The notes beneath the pieces were generated by a model. That model did not search any database, had not been told where the DNA came from, and saw only the letters and a program-made list of their open reading frames with translations. A stretch of 64,000 bases of DNA from a virus (lineage: Duplodnaviria; Caudoviricetes), in IMG/VR virus record IMGVR_UViG_3300037067_026718, positions 93,673-157,672 of that record. One strand, written 5' to 3'. How positions within the stretch are numbered: the stretch's first letter is position 1; the number at the start of each line of letters is the position of its first letter. A program made the position numbers and the translations under genes. Positions 46,848 to 55,879 of this stretch are shown in pieces.

Positions 46848-47008
46848 GACTCTTTGATCATGCCGCTGCCATCAGCCATTTCTTTTTTGTCGTGGCGGAT
46901 GATATACCTTTTGACCTGCCTGGAGAATCCCCGGGCTTTCTCCATTTCTTCTTCAGTGATCTCGTCTTCCTCTATAACCGGTTGCTCTTTGGGCTTGCGT
47001 TTGAACAT
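46844..47008 (-). CDS. Hypothetical 54-aa protein (not in the ORF track)
   Basis: MFKRKPKEQPVIEE...; AAGGGA SD; ATGA overlap with the next gene. Confidence 0.5.
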   Translation of the reverse strand: MFKRKPKEQPVIEEDEITEEEMEKARGFSRQVKRYIIRHDKKEMADGSGMIKES

Positions 47009-47020
47009 TGGTCTTCCCTT

Positions 47021-47857
47021 CTACACAACGATCTCAGCGAACACCTTTTTGCTGCAGCCTACATGTCCTGGAGGGCCGGCAGCGCACGGAGTGGATCCCG
47101 TTACCAATCCAGAGAGAGGTTTCGTTGGATCTCCCAGCACAATGGTCTCTCCATCCACTGCCATGACGCCTTCGGTCTTTATGAGCGTGTTGGCTGTCAG
47201 AGGATCAACGGTGGCCTTGAATTTCTTCCCGTTGGCAGCAACGAGCTCGAACTCGAGGTCGGTGCCGCCTTCTATGGGAAGGGTAAGATGCTCTTTGTTG
47301 ATGGTCACCTTCAGTGTCTTCAGGTAGTTGAGTCTCGTCTCGAGCTTGCCGAGGCCGGCATCGAACTTGGTTTCGACCACCGCGGCGCCATCAATGGAGC
47401 GAAACGCCGACATCTCGGCCTGGCATCCACCAGGCATGTCCTGGATGATCGTGTTGAAAGTTGAGTTGAGGATCCCAATGACCTTGCCGAACATGTTGAC
47501 TACTCCGGACTCGGAAACCGAGAACCCGGTAGCAGGGTTGGCTTTCATTACGAGCAGTCCGCCTTTGTAGAACCCAAGGACGGCACCCTCCGGAGACGTG
47601 ATGCAGAAATCTCCGCCCATGAGTTGCTCGTCACTGAACTGCTGCTGAGACTCGGGGTCTTCATTGATCAAGTAGCCGGTCACAACATACTCGGCACCTT
47701 CGGACATAATCCTGCAGGAGGTTCCTATGGGAGGCAGCATCTTGGCTCCGGGCATGGGCTGTTGTACCATTACGTCGTGCAGAGTCGTGACGCCCTCGCT
47801 GTCTCTGACCTCCACACTGACGGTGCTACCAGATATGCTTGTCACAGTCCCGATCAT
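47021..47857 (-). CDS. Putative baseplate central spike (gpV/gp45-like)
   Basis: N-terminal OB-like 'MIGTVTSISG.TVSVEV..P..G', beta-helical middle, C-terminal 'PCAAGPPGHVGC' apex motif. Confidence 0.6.
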   Translation of the reverse strand: MIGTVTSISGSTVSVEVRDSEGVTTLHDVMVQQPMPGAKMLPPIGTSCRIMSEGAEYVVTGYLINEDPESQQQFSDEQLMGGDFCITSPEGAVLGFYKGGLLVMKANPATGFSVSESGVVNMFGKVIGILNSTFNTIIQDMPGGCQAEMSAFRSIDGAAVVETKFDAGLGKLETRLNYLKTLKVTINKEHLTLPIEGGTDLEFELVAANGKKFKATVDPLTANTLIKTEGVMAVDGETIVLGDPTKPLSGLVTGSTPCAAGPPGHVGCSKKVFAEIVV

Positions 47858-47878
47858 GCTATCCTCCTTCCATCCCGA

Positions 47879-47906
47879 ATTATACCGGAATGAAGGGTAG
47901 TGGCAA
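47879..47906 (-). promoter_or_regulatory. Sigma70-type promoter TTGCCA-N16-TATAAT at the start of the structural region
   Basis: Lies between an upstream terminator and the AAGGAGG SD of the spike gene. Confidence 0.6.
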
Positions 47907-47916
47907 AGTAGCCGGT

Positions 47917-47945
47917 AAAAAAGAAAGGGGGCTTGTGAGCCCCCC
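47917..47945 (-). terminator. Intrinsic terminator
   Basis: gggggct/agccccc stem followed by a T-tract on the minus strand. Confidence 0.75.
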
Positions 47946-47955
47946 TCCTTCCCGG

Positions 47956-48792
47956 TTAAGACTTCTCTCCAGCGATGCTTTGGAATCGACTTGAGATATC
48001 CGCCACGATATCATCCGTGGACATCAGACCGTTCCAAGGCCCGTAAGCTTTGGAAAGCCTTTTGATGATCCACTTCACGCCAGCGAAGTTTACTACAACC
48101 TGGGTGTAGGGATAGTTGAAATGGCCTCCGTTTTGCCGAGTCGCCCTAAGTTTGAAGTACTGGTCATACTTGGCATAGAATGAGTACGGCTTCTCCTGGC
48201 GCGATGTTTTGATGAGAATACCTTCCCCAACGAGGAACCTGAATATCCCGTTGGCGCCAACATGAGGATTCCCGATGATCTTCGCGGCATCGCCCAGGCG
48301 GATGTAACCCTGGGGATCCAGGATATGCTGGAGTACCTGACGATCCTGCTCGGTTTCCACAAGCTGGCCGGAGACCAGTTGAAGCTGTTGTTGGGTGCGC
48401 TCCGCCTCATCGACCTTATCGGCCAACATGCGGAGGGCCTCGCTGTAGGTTGCTGGCAGCGCGGAACGAGCTGTGAGCTGTTTGAACCCTTTCTCGCACT
48501 CGATGAAGTACTTACGGGCCTGCATCCCTTGAGAATTGTTCTCGACCATGCAGAGCTGCTTGGCCATATCGAGGGTCAGGCCGTAATCGATCGGGGCTCG
48601 TAAGTTGTTGGTAGATTCGTTGCCCGGATTTGGGTAATGGGTTATATAGTCTGAATCCTCTATAAACCCATATTTGTTAATTCGTTCCTTGATCCATGCA
48701 GCGAAGTGCCTCCCCACACCCAAGAAGGCATGCAGGGTCCTGGCGTCCACCAGTTGGATGCCCTCCTCCTCCCGTATCGGTATCAATTCCAT
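47956..48792 (-). CDS. Phage antirepressor (AntA/AntB N-domain plus KilA-C/ANT C-domain)
   Basis: 'VDARTLHAFLGVG..F..WIKERI.KYGF', 'DYGLTLDMAKQLCMVE...ARKYFIECEK', 'LPATYSEALRMLA'; start MELIPI. Confidence 0.85.
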   Translation of the reverse strand: MELIPIREEEGIQLVDARTLHAFLGVGRHFAAWIKERINKYGFIEDSDYITHYPNPGNESTNNLRAPIDYGLTLDMAKQLCMVENNSQGMQARKYFIECEKGFKQLTARSALPATYSEALRMLADKVDEAERTQQQLQLVSGQLVETEQDRQVLQHILDPQGYIRLGDAAKIIGNPHVGANGIFRFLVGEGILIKTSRQEKPYSFYAKYDQYFKLRATRQNGGHFNYPYTQVVVNFAGVKWIIKRLSKAYGPWNGLMSTDDIVADISSRFQSIAGEKS

Positions 48793-48812
48793 TCTATCCC
48801 CTTTCCATGCAG

Positions 48813-48847
48813 AAAAAAGAAAGCCCCGGGTTTGAAGTCCCCGGGGC
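48813..48847 (-). terminator. Intrinsic terminator
   Basis: gccccggg/cccggggc stem with T-tract. Confidence 0.7.
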
Positions 48848-48852
48848 AACCA

Positions 48853-49170
48853 TCAGTCGTCGCAGTTGTGGATAGCTTTTTCGATGCCATCCATGCAGAG
48901 CTGCTCGAAAGCCGCTCTGTCTCGGACGAAATCCCCTTCTTCGACTTTCCACTTCCTGGCCTGGCGCCAAGAAGTTCCAGCCTCCACGATGAGGATATCA
49001 TTTTGAGCGCAGTTACTGACGAAGACTGCCTCTAGGCGAATGCTTCCCGGGGCGCCAAACCCCCGCGGCCAGCAGTAGTGGCCAAGAAACCCCAGATGGT
49101 CCCTGCTGTTCGCGTCATTGCGAGGATTCAACTCTCTCGCAACTGCCTGTGTCAACTCATCAACCCACAT
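48853..49170 (-). CDS. Hypothetical protein
   Basis: Start MWVDEL preceded by AAGGAGG. Confidence 0.5.
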   Translation of the reverse strand: MWVDELTQAVARELNPRNDANSRDHLGFLGHYCWPRGFGAPGSIRLEAVFVSNCAQNDILIVEAGTSWRQARKWKVEEGDFVRDRAAFEQLCMDGIEKAIHNCDD

Positions 49171-49285
49171 CTCAGTCCTCCTTCCGATGCGGGGTTCCCA
49201 GGGTCGTCCTGGTCCGGGAGATTGTTTGTCTCCATAGTATTTATACCACAATTACGAGTATATTTTCTATATCTATTGGCTCGGT

Positions 49286-49316
49286 AAAAAAAGAAGAAGG
49301 GGCCCGAAGGCCCCCT
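49286..49316 (-). terminator. Intrinsic terminator with UUCG tetraloop
   Basis: GGGGCC-TTCG-GGCCCC followed by a T-rich tract on the minus strand. Confidence 0.8.
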
Positions 49317-49335
49317 CCCCCTTTCTGTCTGGCTG

Positions 49336-49758
49336 CTACAGCGCAGGTCCCGTTGGTACTTCCTCCACAGCGACCGGCTGTATGTCAGGCTCCACCGGCA
49401 GCAGCTCGCAGCTCAGGATGTCCATGAATATCTTGACCAACGCTTCCATATTGAGGCCCCCGTCTCGGAGATCATTCCCCCGAGTCCAGGTTTCTCCAGG
49501 AAGAGGAGATCTGTTGCCCATGAACCCCATGAGACATCCTTTGCCGCTCTTGGTGACCGCTGCCACTATTCTGTATTGATGCCTGTCGGTGTAAATGGCA
49601 ATGGAATCCAAGACACCTTTTGCTGCTTCTTCGAGAGTTGCCAGGTTTATCTCCACCTGTTCAGCTCTGAAGAACTTCCCTTGCATGAGAACATCAATTA
49701 CGAACTTGATGCCAGTCGGCAGGGTTTCGTACTGAATGTCACTCAGCCTTGTTGCCAT
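49336..49758 (-). CDS. Hypothetical protein
   Basis: Start MATRLS with GAGGAGG SD. Confidence 0.55.
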   Translation of the reverse strand: MATRLSDIQYETLPTGIKFVIDVLMQGKFFRAEQVEINLATLEEAAKGVLDSIAIYTDRHQYRIVAAVTKSGKGCLMGFMGNRSPLPGETWTRGNDLRDGGLNMEALVKIFMDILSCELLPVEPDIQPVAVEEVPTGPAL

Positions 49759-50086
49759 CACTGGCCTCCTCTTCTTTGCGGGGCTCCTCATACACACAGA
49801 ACCCAAGCAGCTTGCACCGTCCTTTTTCGTCTCTCTCCTCGGACCACTTGATAGCCACCTTGGGCAGCCCTGCAGCCGACAGCATGCCGTTGATGACACC
49901 CATCATGCTCAATGTTTTGAACTGATCGTTGTAGGCATCAACCAAGATATGGGGCATCTCAATAAGCCCCTGGTTGGCAGGAACGCAGTTGCAGAGCAAC
50001 GCATGCATGGCGCCGGGATCTGCTTCGAATGCCTGGTTGAGAATGTCAACCATGGCATCCGTTATGGGCTGGCGGTAATCAGGCAT
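49739..50086 (-). CDS. Hypothetical protein
   Basis: 115 aa, AAGGAG SD. Confidence 0.55.
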   Translation of the reverse strand: MPDYRQPITDAMVDILNQAFEADPGAMHALLCNCVPANQGLIEMPHILVDAYNDQFKTLSMMGVINGMLSAAGLPKVAIKWSEERDEKGRCKLLGFCVYEEPRKEEEASDGNKAE

Positions 50087-50095
50087 TGGTTCTCC

Positions 50096-52795
50096 TTAGT
50101 TAGGTGCGCAACCGCACACAAGGTCATGGATACTGTCCGCTATGAACGTATCTTCGGGGCATTCTTCGAGCTGATCGAGCCATTCCTCCCAGTGTTCGTT
50201 CAGGAGAGTTATGAAGGCGTTGTCGTTGTGTCGACTGCGATACCTCTCCAAGAATTTTTCCTTGTCTTCCTTGGGTGGCATAACGATCATGAACTTGATG
50301 CCAGCATTTCTCAGGGCATCACGAACTGCTGCATGCGATGACACGCAGATGTCGACATCCTCGTTTAAGTGGCTCTGGATGTGCTTGATGTAGTTGCCGG
50401 GGAACTCAGGGTTTCGAACGCCGGGCGAAAGCCAACTGAACTTGCTGCTGTCGGAATCCAAGACTCTGTCGGGATGCAGGTTGTGGTAGTAAGTCTTGCC
50501 GACTCCCGGGAATCCGCAGATAACTCTGGCCTTTTGCGCAACGGGTTCAGCGCATGGCTCTTTGCCGTCCGGCTCGGTGGCTTCTTCAGCGGCTTGCTCA
50601 TCGGCCACGAGCTTGTTAAAAGCCGCCCTGAGTTCGGGCTCGCAGGCGTCCATCAATGCTTCGCCGAGGGGACTCTGCGGCTCTGGCTTGGCTGTTGCCT
50701 TTTCGGTCTCGTCTGGAGGCTGAGGTCCCATCATGTTCGCCGGAAAGTCAGGGAAGGATCCCCAAGGAAAGCTTTCGTTGGTCTCCATGGCTTCATCGCA
50801 AGCCAGCTCGCTTACCTTGACCCCGTCTTCCCAGCGCTCCCTGCACATGGTCTTGTGGTTGTCAAAGACTCCGGATACCAAGAGGAGAGTCCTTGATTCT
50901 TCTCGGGCGAGATCGATGTGGATGGACCTGAGCTCTGGACCGTCATTACCAATGCTGTAGAGGTATCCCAGAAGGCTTTCGGGGCTGTGCGTGCAAGTGG
51001 TCTCTGCCATGGCCCCTAGCCCCTTACCAGGAACGAGAGGTTCGATGACGTCCCCATTGCTGCCCTGTACCTTGAAAACGCCCATGGCCGGCGATGGGTG
51101 ATCCTTCCGTTTCTCCTTGGCCTCTCGAATGCGCTGCTTGATAGCCTCGCGTTCCTCCGGAGACATGGCAATGATGTCAGCTCCTTTCAGCATCCCAAGG
51201 CCGAGAAGACCTGCCTCCGTCTTGAAGCGGAGGATGTTTTCGAACGCTGCCTTCGCTTCCTCATTGGAAAGCTTGCCTGAGGTCGGTTCTTTGGGGGCTG
51301 GCTCCTCAGACATAGCAGCAGATGGCGCGTTCATGACGGAACCGTTGGCAGCCAAGGCTTTCAAGAGGTGAGCCAAGTCGCAGTTATCATCCAAGTCCTC
51401 GAACCCTTTTGTGCTGCCGATTCCAAGCTTGGCGTCGCCATGGATGGATTCGTTAATCACCTCGGCGATCTTGCGAATGGCCTCGGCTCTGCCATCTCGC
51501 AGCGCCTTTGCGCTTCGAAGATGAGCTCTGATGCCGCGCATATTGCCGGTTGAGTAGACGGCTGATGTAAGCTGGTCACGATCTCCGATGGTGATCAACC
51601 CATCATTGATCTCTCGTATCAGCCCAGTTTCTCCAGGGAACTCGGCTGTAAGCTTGGCCAGCAGATCAAGCTCTGCCAACTCTTCAAGGTTGATATCCTT
51701 TCCCGGATAGAGATAATGCCATCCTATTTCAAGGATCCTCAGCTCCTCGCGTGACTTGGCGTAGAGATCTTTGCACTCGGCACTGCAGAACATGACAACA
51801 TCGCTTTGGTATCCTGAAGATACCATTTTGGTCGACAACGGCTTTCTGCAGAACGCGCACCGAAGGAGCGGTTCTTTGGGATCATTGCCTCCGATGTAAA
51901 TCTGGGGTTCTTCAGGGGCACCCCACGGCTTGTCTTCGTCCTTGGGACATTCCGGTCCTGTCTCTGGCTCCGGGCTTTTGTTGGGGTTAAGTGGCTTGGA
52001 AGGCCCTTCATCCTCAACCTTGATGCCTGTTGTTTCCTCGATGAACGCCTTGAGCAAGACTATTTCATGCCTGAGATCATGCTCTCTTTGCTTCAGCCTT
52101 GCGTTTTCTGCCAGCAGCCTTTTGGTCTGCTCGCCCATGCTGTAGATGTAGGCGTCATCCCTGGCTGACTTGGCATTGTCGAACGAACGGTCAGGATCTC
52201 CTCGGAGCGCAGAGTTCTCTCTCTTCAGCCTGGCGTTTTCTGCCAGGACTTCACAGAAGACGCTGTCCTTAATGTCAGTCCGCTTCGCAGGGTCTTTCTC
52301 GACCACCTTGAGAAGATCTTCGGCCCTTGCCTGATTCGAGTGGCTTTTGATATGAGCCAGGGTATCTTCGGCATCGTGCAGGTCGGCCATGAATTCGTCC
52401 GCGCTTCTTCCTGGCCCCATCAAAGAGCCGTCAGCCATCTGGGCTTCAAGACTGTAGAGCTGATTGTTGGCCTTTTTGAGAATATCGTTGGTCTCTTTGA
52501 AATCTGCCGCCATGCGCTCACCGCGAGGAGAGGCCATATGATAAGTATTCTGGACATCACGGGATCTTTCCTTGAGCCACGCCAGCAGATGATCAGCTTT
52601 CCGTTGGTTGCTGCATGTTCTTTCTGCGCTCTCGGTATTCTGTATGCCGGTGACAATGGACGATGCTTGCTCCCTGAGCATCTCCTGAAGCCTCTGCTTG
52701 CTGTAGATGACAAATCCTTTGCGCTCGATTGACATAATGATTAGTCCAGTGGCTACGCCAAGGACCAAGCCGATTACGCCGGCATACCAGTTCAT
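50096..52795 (-). CDS. Mosaic protein: N-terminal TM helix, coiled coils, TRASH/MYM-like Zn finger, C-terminal P-loop kinase-like domain
   Basis: 'AGVIGLVLGVATGLII', 'CAFC..FCSAEC', 'ICGFPGVGKT..DSDSS'. Confidence 0.65.
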   Translation of the reverse strand: MNWYAGVIGLVLGVATGLIIMSIERKGFVIYSKQRLQEMLREQASSIVTGIQNTESAERTCSNQRKADHLLAWLKERSRDVQNTYHMASPRGERMAADFKETNDILKKANNQLYSLEAQMADGSLMGPGRSADEFMADLHDAEDTLAHIKSHSNQARAEDLLKVVEKDPAKRTDIKDSVFCEVLAENARLKRENSALRGDPDRSFDNAKSARDDAYIYSMGEQTKRLLAENARLKQREHDLRHEIVLLKAFIEETTGIKVEDEGPSKPLNPNKSPEPETGPECPKDEDKPWGAPEEPQIYIGGNDPKEPLLRCAFCRKPLSTKMVSSGYQSDVVMFCSAECKDLYAKSREELRILEIGWHYLYPGKDINLEELAELDLLAKLTAEFPGETGLIREINDGLITIGDRDQLTSAVYSTGNMRGIRAHLRSAKALRDGRAEAIRKIAEVINESIHGDAKLGIGSTKGFEDLDDNCDLAHLLKALAANGSVMNAPSAAMSEEPAPKEPTSGKLSNEEAKAAFENILRFKTEAGLLGLGMLKGADIIAMSPEEREAIKQRIREAKEKRKDHPSPAMGVFKVQGSNGDVIEPLVPGKGLGAMAETTCTHSPESLLGYLYSIGNDGPELRSIHIDLAREESRTLLLVSGVFDNHKTMCRERWEDGVKVSELACDEAMETNESFPWGSFPDFPANMMGPQPPDETEKATAKPEPQSPLGEALMDACEPELRAAFNKLVADEQAAEEATEPDGKEPCAEPVAQKARVICGFPGVGKTYYHNLHPDRVLDSDSSKFSWLSPGVRNPEFPGNYIKHIQSHLNEDVDICVSSHAAVRDALRNAGIKFMIVMPPKEDKEKFLERYRSRHNDNAFITLLNEHWEEWLDQLEECPEDTFIADSIHDLVCGCAPN

Positions 52796-53004
52796 GACTT
52801 CTCTCTTTCTTTTGGGGTTATTCCCCGGGCGATCTTACTCTGTCTGTCCAGCAGGCCGGCTTTGACGAGCTGGTCGACATGCCACTTCGCACCGCCTCTG
52901 GTTTTGAACCCGAAGATCCTTCGAATGTCTTCCAAGCGAGGTGGGTACTGGTGCGTGGCAGTCCAGTCCTTGATGAAGTTCAGGACTTCTTCATTCTTTG
53001 CCAT
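52792..53004 (-). CDS. LexA-type winged-HTH DNA-binding protein (no peptidase domain)
   Basis: 'EVLNFIK....YPPRLEDI...GF......HVDQLVKAGLL.R....RGI'. Confidence 0.75.
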   Translation of the reverse strand: MAKNEEVLNFIKDWTATHQYPPRLEDIRRIFGFKTRGGAKWHVDQLVKAGLLDRQSKIARGITPKEREKS

Positions 53005-53121
53005 GGCTGTCCTTCCCGGGAGTGGTCTTCACCGATGGTCTATTCCATGGCTTAGGCCACGGCCACTCCAAGGGCTTGATGCATGGAGATCCGTTCCTGA
53101 TTACGTACGAATAGTCTTCCA

Positions 53122-53609
53122 TCATACCTCTTCTCGCTCAGGCGTCGCCAACGGATACTTTTCCCAAAGGGCCTGTAGTGCCTGGTGTAAAGCAGTGCTG
53201 CATCCGCCATCATGTTGAGGCAGCCTGTCCATGTAGTCGGTCACTTCCTTGGTCTGACTGTGAGTCAAACCATAGTGAGCTGCCAGCTCGGCATGCAGCA
53301 CTGCTCTCCTGTTGTCGGGACCGTACATCCCGGGCATAAGAGGCATGTCGACCATCACGAGCTGCCAGTATTGCCGTGTCACTTCCGGAACGATGTATGT
53401 CCATTCCCTGTTCATGGCTTGCCTATCTTTCGGCACGTAAACCGCCAGGCCATCTTGAGCTCATCCCATGGCGTCCAGAAGGTATCGAAATCCTTGGCCT
53501 GTATTCGACACTGAAGGATGGATGAATAGAACCCAGCAACTGCAATGCCTTTCTCCTGCTGTGTAAGCAGCCGTAGGCAGTACCTTACGCGCCTGAAGAA
53601 CAGTTTCAT
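53122..53609 (-). CDS. Two small hypothetical genes (about 53122-53415 and 53412-53609)
   Basis: Translationally coupled ORFs with ATGA overlaps. Confidence 0.45.
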
Positions 53610-53914
53610 TCCTGGTGTTTTCCCTCCACTCCACGGGACTGGCGATTGAGAGTCCGCTGCTCGAGAAGAGCAAGGGCTCCTCTCAGATGGTCAAGAGCAC
53701 CCAGGTTTTCCTTGCAGGGGCATCTGTCCTGGAGAAACTCCATTCGATCGATGAGGACCCGCAAGACTTCTTCGTTGGTGGTTCCGTCTTCGAGGGTCAT
53801 CATCTCGGTTGTTCCGGCATGTCTGGGCTCTTTGTGGATGAACTGCAGTGTCTGAGGCTTGCTGCCTTCGAAGTTGTCGAGTTGGTATCTGTGGCCGGCG
53901 ACGAGTGTTCTCAT
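53606..53914 (-). CDS. Tad1-like anti-defence nucleotide sponge
   Basis: 'GTTNEEVLRVLIDRMEFLQ..CPCKEN.GALDHL..AL..L.QRT..R..RGVEG' parallels the Tad1 pattern G...DLL.I..DRL..FQ...F..REN..AL.H.EEAL.W...R...R..R.V.G as recalled. Confidence 0.7.
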   Translation of the reverse strand: MRTLVAGHRYQLDNFEGSKPQTLQFIHKEPRHAGTTEMMTLEDGTTNEEVLRVLIDRMEFLQDRCPCKENLGALDHLRGALALLEQRTLNRQSRGVEGKHQE

Positions 53915-54666
53915 ATCGGATCCCCTTTCTCCATGCTTGCCTTGTAGGCGGCAACGGCTTCTTCCAGCGAGTCGAAGCGATGGGTGTTGTAGTAATCGTC
54001 ATCTCTTTCACCGCGAGGCGGCTCTATTTCCCATTCCAGATCGTGGCAGAGAACGTTCAAGCCCCTCCGGACCGCCCAGTTGTTGCCACAATAGCGGTCA
54101 CTGAACTGACGGGTGAATCTCACAGAGTAATCTAAGGCATGCTCTGACATCGGATTGAAGGTGTGTTGGCTGGCGAGCATGTACTCTGTCGGCACCAGCA
54201 TTTCGTTGATATCAGCCTCTGCTTCCTCTTTTTTCTTAGGGACCATCACCACTTCATCAGATCCCGGAGTCAGTACTATGTAGCCTTTCTGGATGCAATC
54301 CAAGAACGTCAGCAAGCAGTCGAACACGTCGACGACTCGAAGATGTGCGTCCATCGTGACGACATTGCCCTCTTTCAGAGATGTCAGCCTCGAATCCATC
54401 CACTGCTTTGTGCATTCTCCACGATCTCCAAACGACAGTCTTGCCGTAACAGATTTCGTTTCGCCAATGCTTGTCTGCATAATCATCACAGCGCAATGCC
54501 TTACGATGGCAAATGCGTATTCTTCGGAAGGATCGTTTTTGCGAGTGAACCTGGGTGCCTTGGCGAATATGGCTAAATCACGACATCCAGCAGCCCATTC
54601 CTCGACTATTTCTTGAGTGAAGGGAGATATCTCGTCTGCCTTCTCCTCGGAGATGTTACGCTCCAT
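53911..54666 (-). CDS. Hypothetical protein
   Basis: 251 aa in a coupled gene run. Confidence 0.55.
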   Translation of the reverse strand: MERNISEEKADEISPFTQEIVEEWAAGCRDLAIFAKAPRFTRKNDPSEEYAFAIVRHCAVMIMQTSIGETKSVTARLSFGDRGECTKQWMDSRLTSLKEGNVVTMDAHLRVVDVFDCLLTFLDCIQKGYIVLTPGSDEVVMVPKKKEEAEADINEMLVPTEYMLASQHTFNPMSEHALDYSVRFTRQFSDRYCGNNWAVRRGLNVLCHDLEWEIEPPRGERDDDYYNTHRFDSLEEAVAAYKASMEKGDPI

Positions 54667-55207
54667 CTGTTATCAGCTCCTTCATCCTGTTGTAAAGCTT
54701 CGGGCCTTTCCCGGTTGGGCTTTCTTCATCCCAGAGAGCTCTGAGCTCATCCCAATGATCGACCAGTCGTTCCCATACGGGGGACACATCCTTCATGATG
54801 TAAAGGTGGCTCTTGAGTTCCGGAAAGCGATCGAGGAACCTGAAGCAGCGTCCGATGTCGTCGGGATCCCACGGGTGGTCTCTTTCTGCATAGGGAATGC
54901 CACTGAGCCTGCAAGCCAATGCTTTCGATGACAGACCGGTGTCGGCGCCGGCAAGCCAGGCTGCAACGCTGTCGCCGTGATCTCTCCTGGCCTTGTCATC
55001 GATCTCCTTCCGCCACTTCTTACCGGATTCCTCACTGACATAAGCGGAGTGCGCTCCAAGAGAACTGGCAATGCCAATATGCAGATGCGTATACCCCATG
55101 GCCTCAGCCATCTTCGTGATGGCAGACATGTCTTCGATGGGTAGCCCGGGGGCGGAGACCGTTCGGACTAAGAGTCCGTGCTCATGAACTTCGATTACAT
55201 ACTTCAC
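54656..55207 (-). CDS. Hypothetical phage protein
   Basis: 183 aa; 'WL...DTGLSS...HPWDPDD.GRC' motif. Confidence 0.55.
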   Translation of the reverse strand: MKYVIEVHEHGLLVRTVSAPGLPIEDMSAITKMAEAMGYTHLHIGIASSLGAHSAYVSEESGKKWRKEIDDKARRDHGDSVAAWLAGADTGLSSKALACRLSGIPYAERDHPWDPDDIGRCFRFLDRFPELKSHLYIMKDVSPVWERLVDHWDELRALWDEESPTGKGPKLYNRMKELITDGA

Positions 55208-55632
55208 GATCGTCCCTCCGTCTTGAGTGAAAACAACCCCAGTTCATGGCCGCAGTTGTTGCAGAAAGTCCGTTGAGCCAAGCCATCAATCGTGGTAACA
55301 TAGCCCAAGCATCGGCACTCAGGACATTCGATTGTGTAGGTGATGACTGTCTCGGGTGGTTTCAGGGCATCGGCGATAGAGGCGCGGACGGGACTGATGT
55401 GGGAAAACACATCCTGATACTCATGTTTGACTACGAACGGGTAGTCTTTTCTGCCGGAATATCCGAGGTAAACACATGGCAAAAATCGAGGGTCACCATG
55501 TGTGTTCCTGCAGCGACGGTATGGACATTCTGTTTCCGACTCAGGCTGTGGTTTGACTACTCTCCTCACCACCACCCGCCCCGTCTCCAGCACCTCTCGC
55601 ACTTTAGGGCTGGTCAGGATTATGCGCTTCAT
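55204..55632 (-). CDS. Hypothetical protein with an ASCH-like start and C-terminal Zn ribbon
   Basis: 'RRVVKPQP'; CPEC...CNNC. Confidence 0.5.
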   Translation of the reverse strand: MKRIILTSPKVREVLETGRVVVRRVVKPQPESETECPYRRCRNTHGDPRFLPCVYLGYSGRKDYPFVVKHEYQDVFSHISPVRASIADALKPPETVITYTIECPECRCLGYVTTIDGLAQRTFCNNCGHELGLFSLKTEGRS

Positions 55633-55634
55633 GA

Positions 55635-55859
55635 TTACCTCTTTTCCATCAATTCTGCAGGGGTGGGGATGTCTTTCGGTCTGCTTTGTGTGTCAGCAAA
55701 CTGAAACCCCACCCTCTGCTCAACAAAGGTCTTTGTTCGACCCTGCAGTCCTTCCGTCCATACATACCGGCAGCTTTGGCAACGGTAAGCTCTGCGCCCA
55801 TCCATGGCTCTACCTTTGTCTATGCCGGTATGCTTACAACTCGGGCAGATGCGCTTCAC
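55635..55859 (-). CDS. Small Zn-ribbon protein
   Basis: GTG start overlapping the HNH stop; CPSC...YRCQSC. Confidence 0.5.
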   Translation of the reverse strand: MKRICPSCKHTGIDKGRAMDGRRAYRCQSCRYVWTEGLQGRTKTFVEQRVGFQFADTQSRPKDIPTPAELMEKR

Positions 55860-55879
55860 TCCCCGCCCCCGTTCTGCTC
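55853..55879. repeat. 27-bp imperfect direct repeat flanking the HNH gene (downstream copy)
   Basis: gcttcact-N6-ccccgttctgctc, also at 56263-56289. Confidence 0.75.

Noticed and set aside
55635-55859. IS1 InsA-like Zn ribbon as an insertion sequence
   Set aside because: No transposase or terminal inverted repeats nearby.
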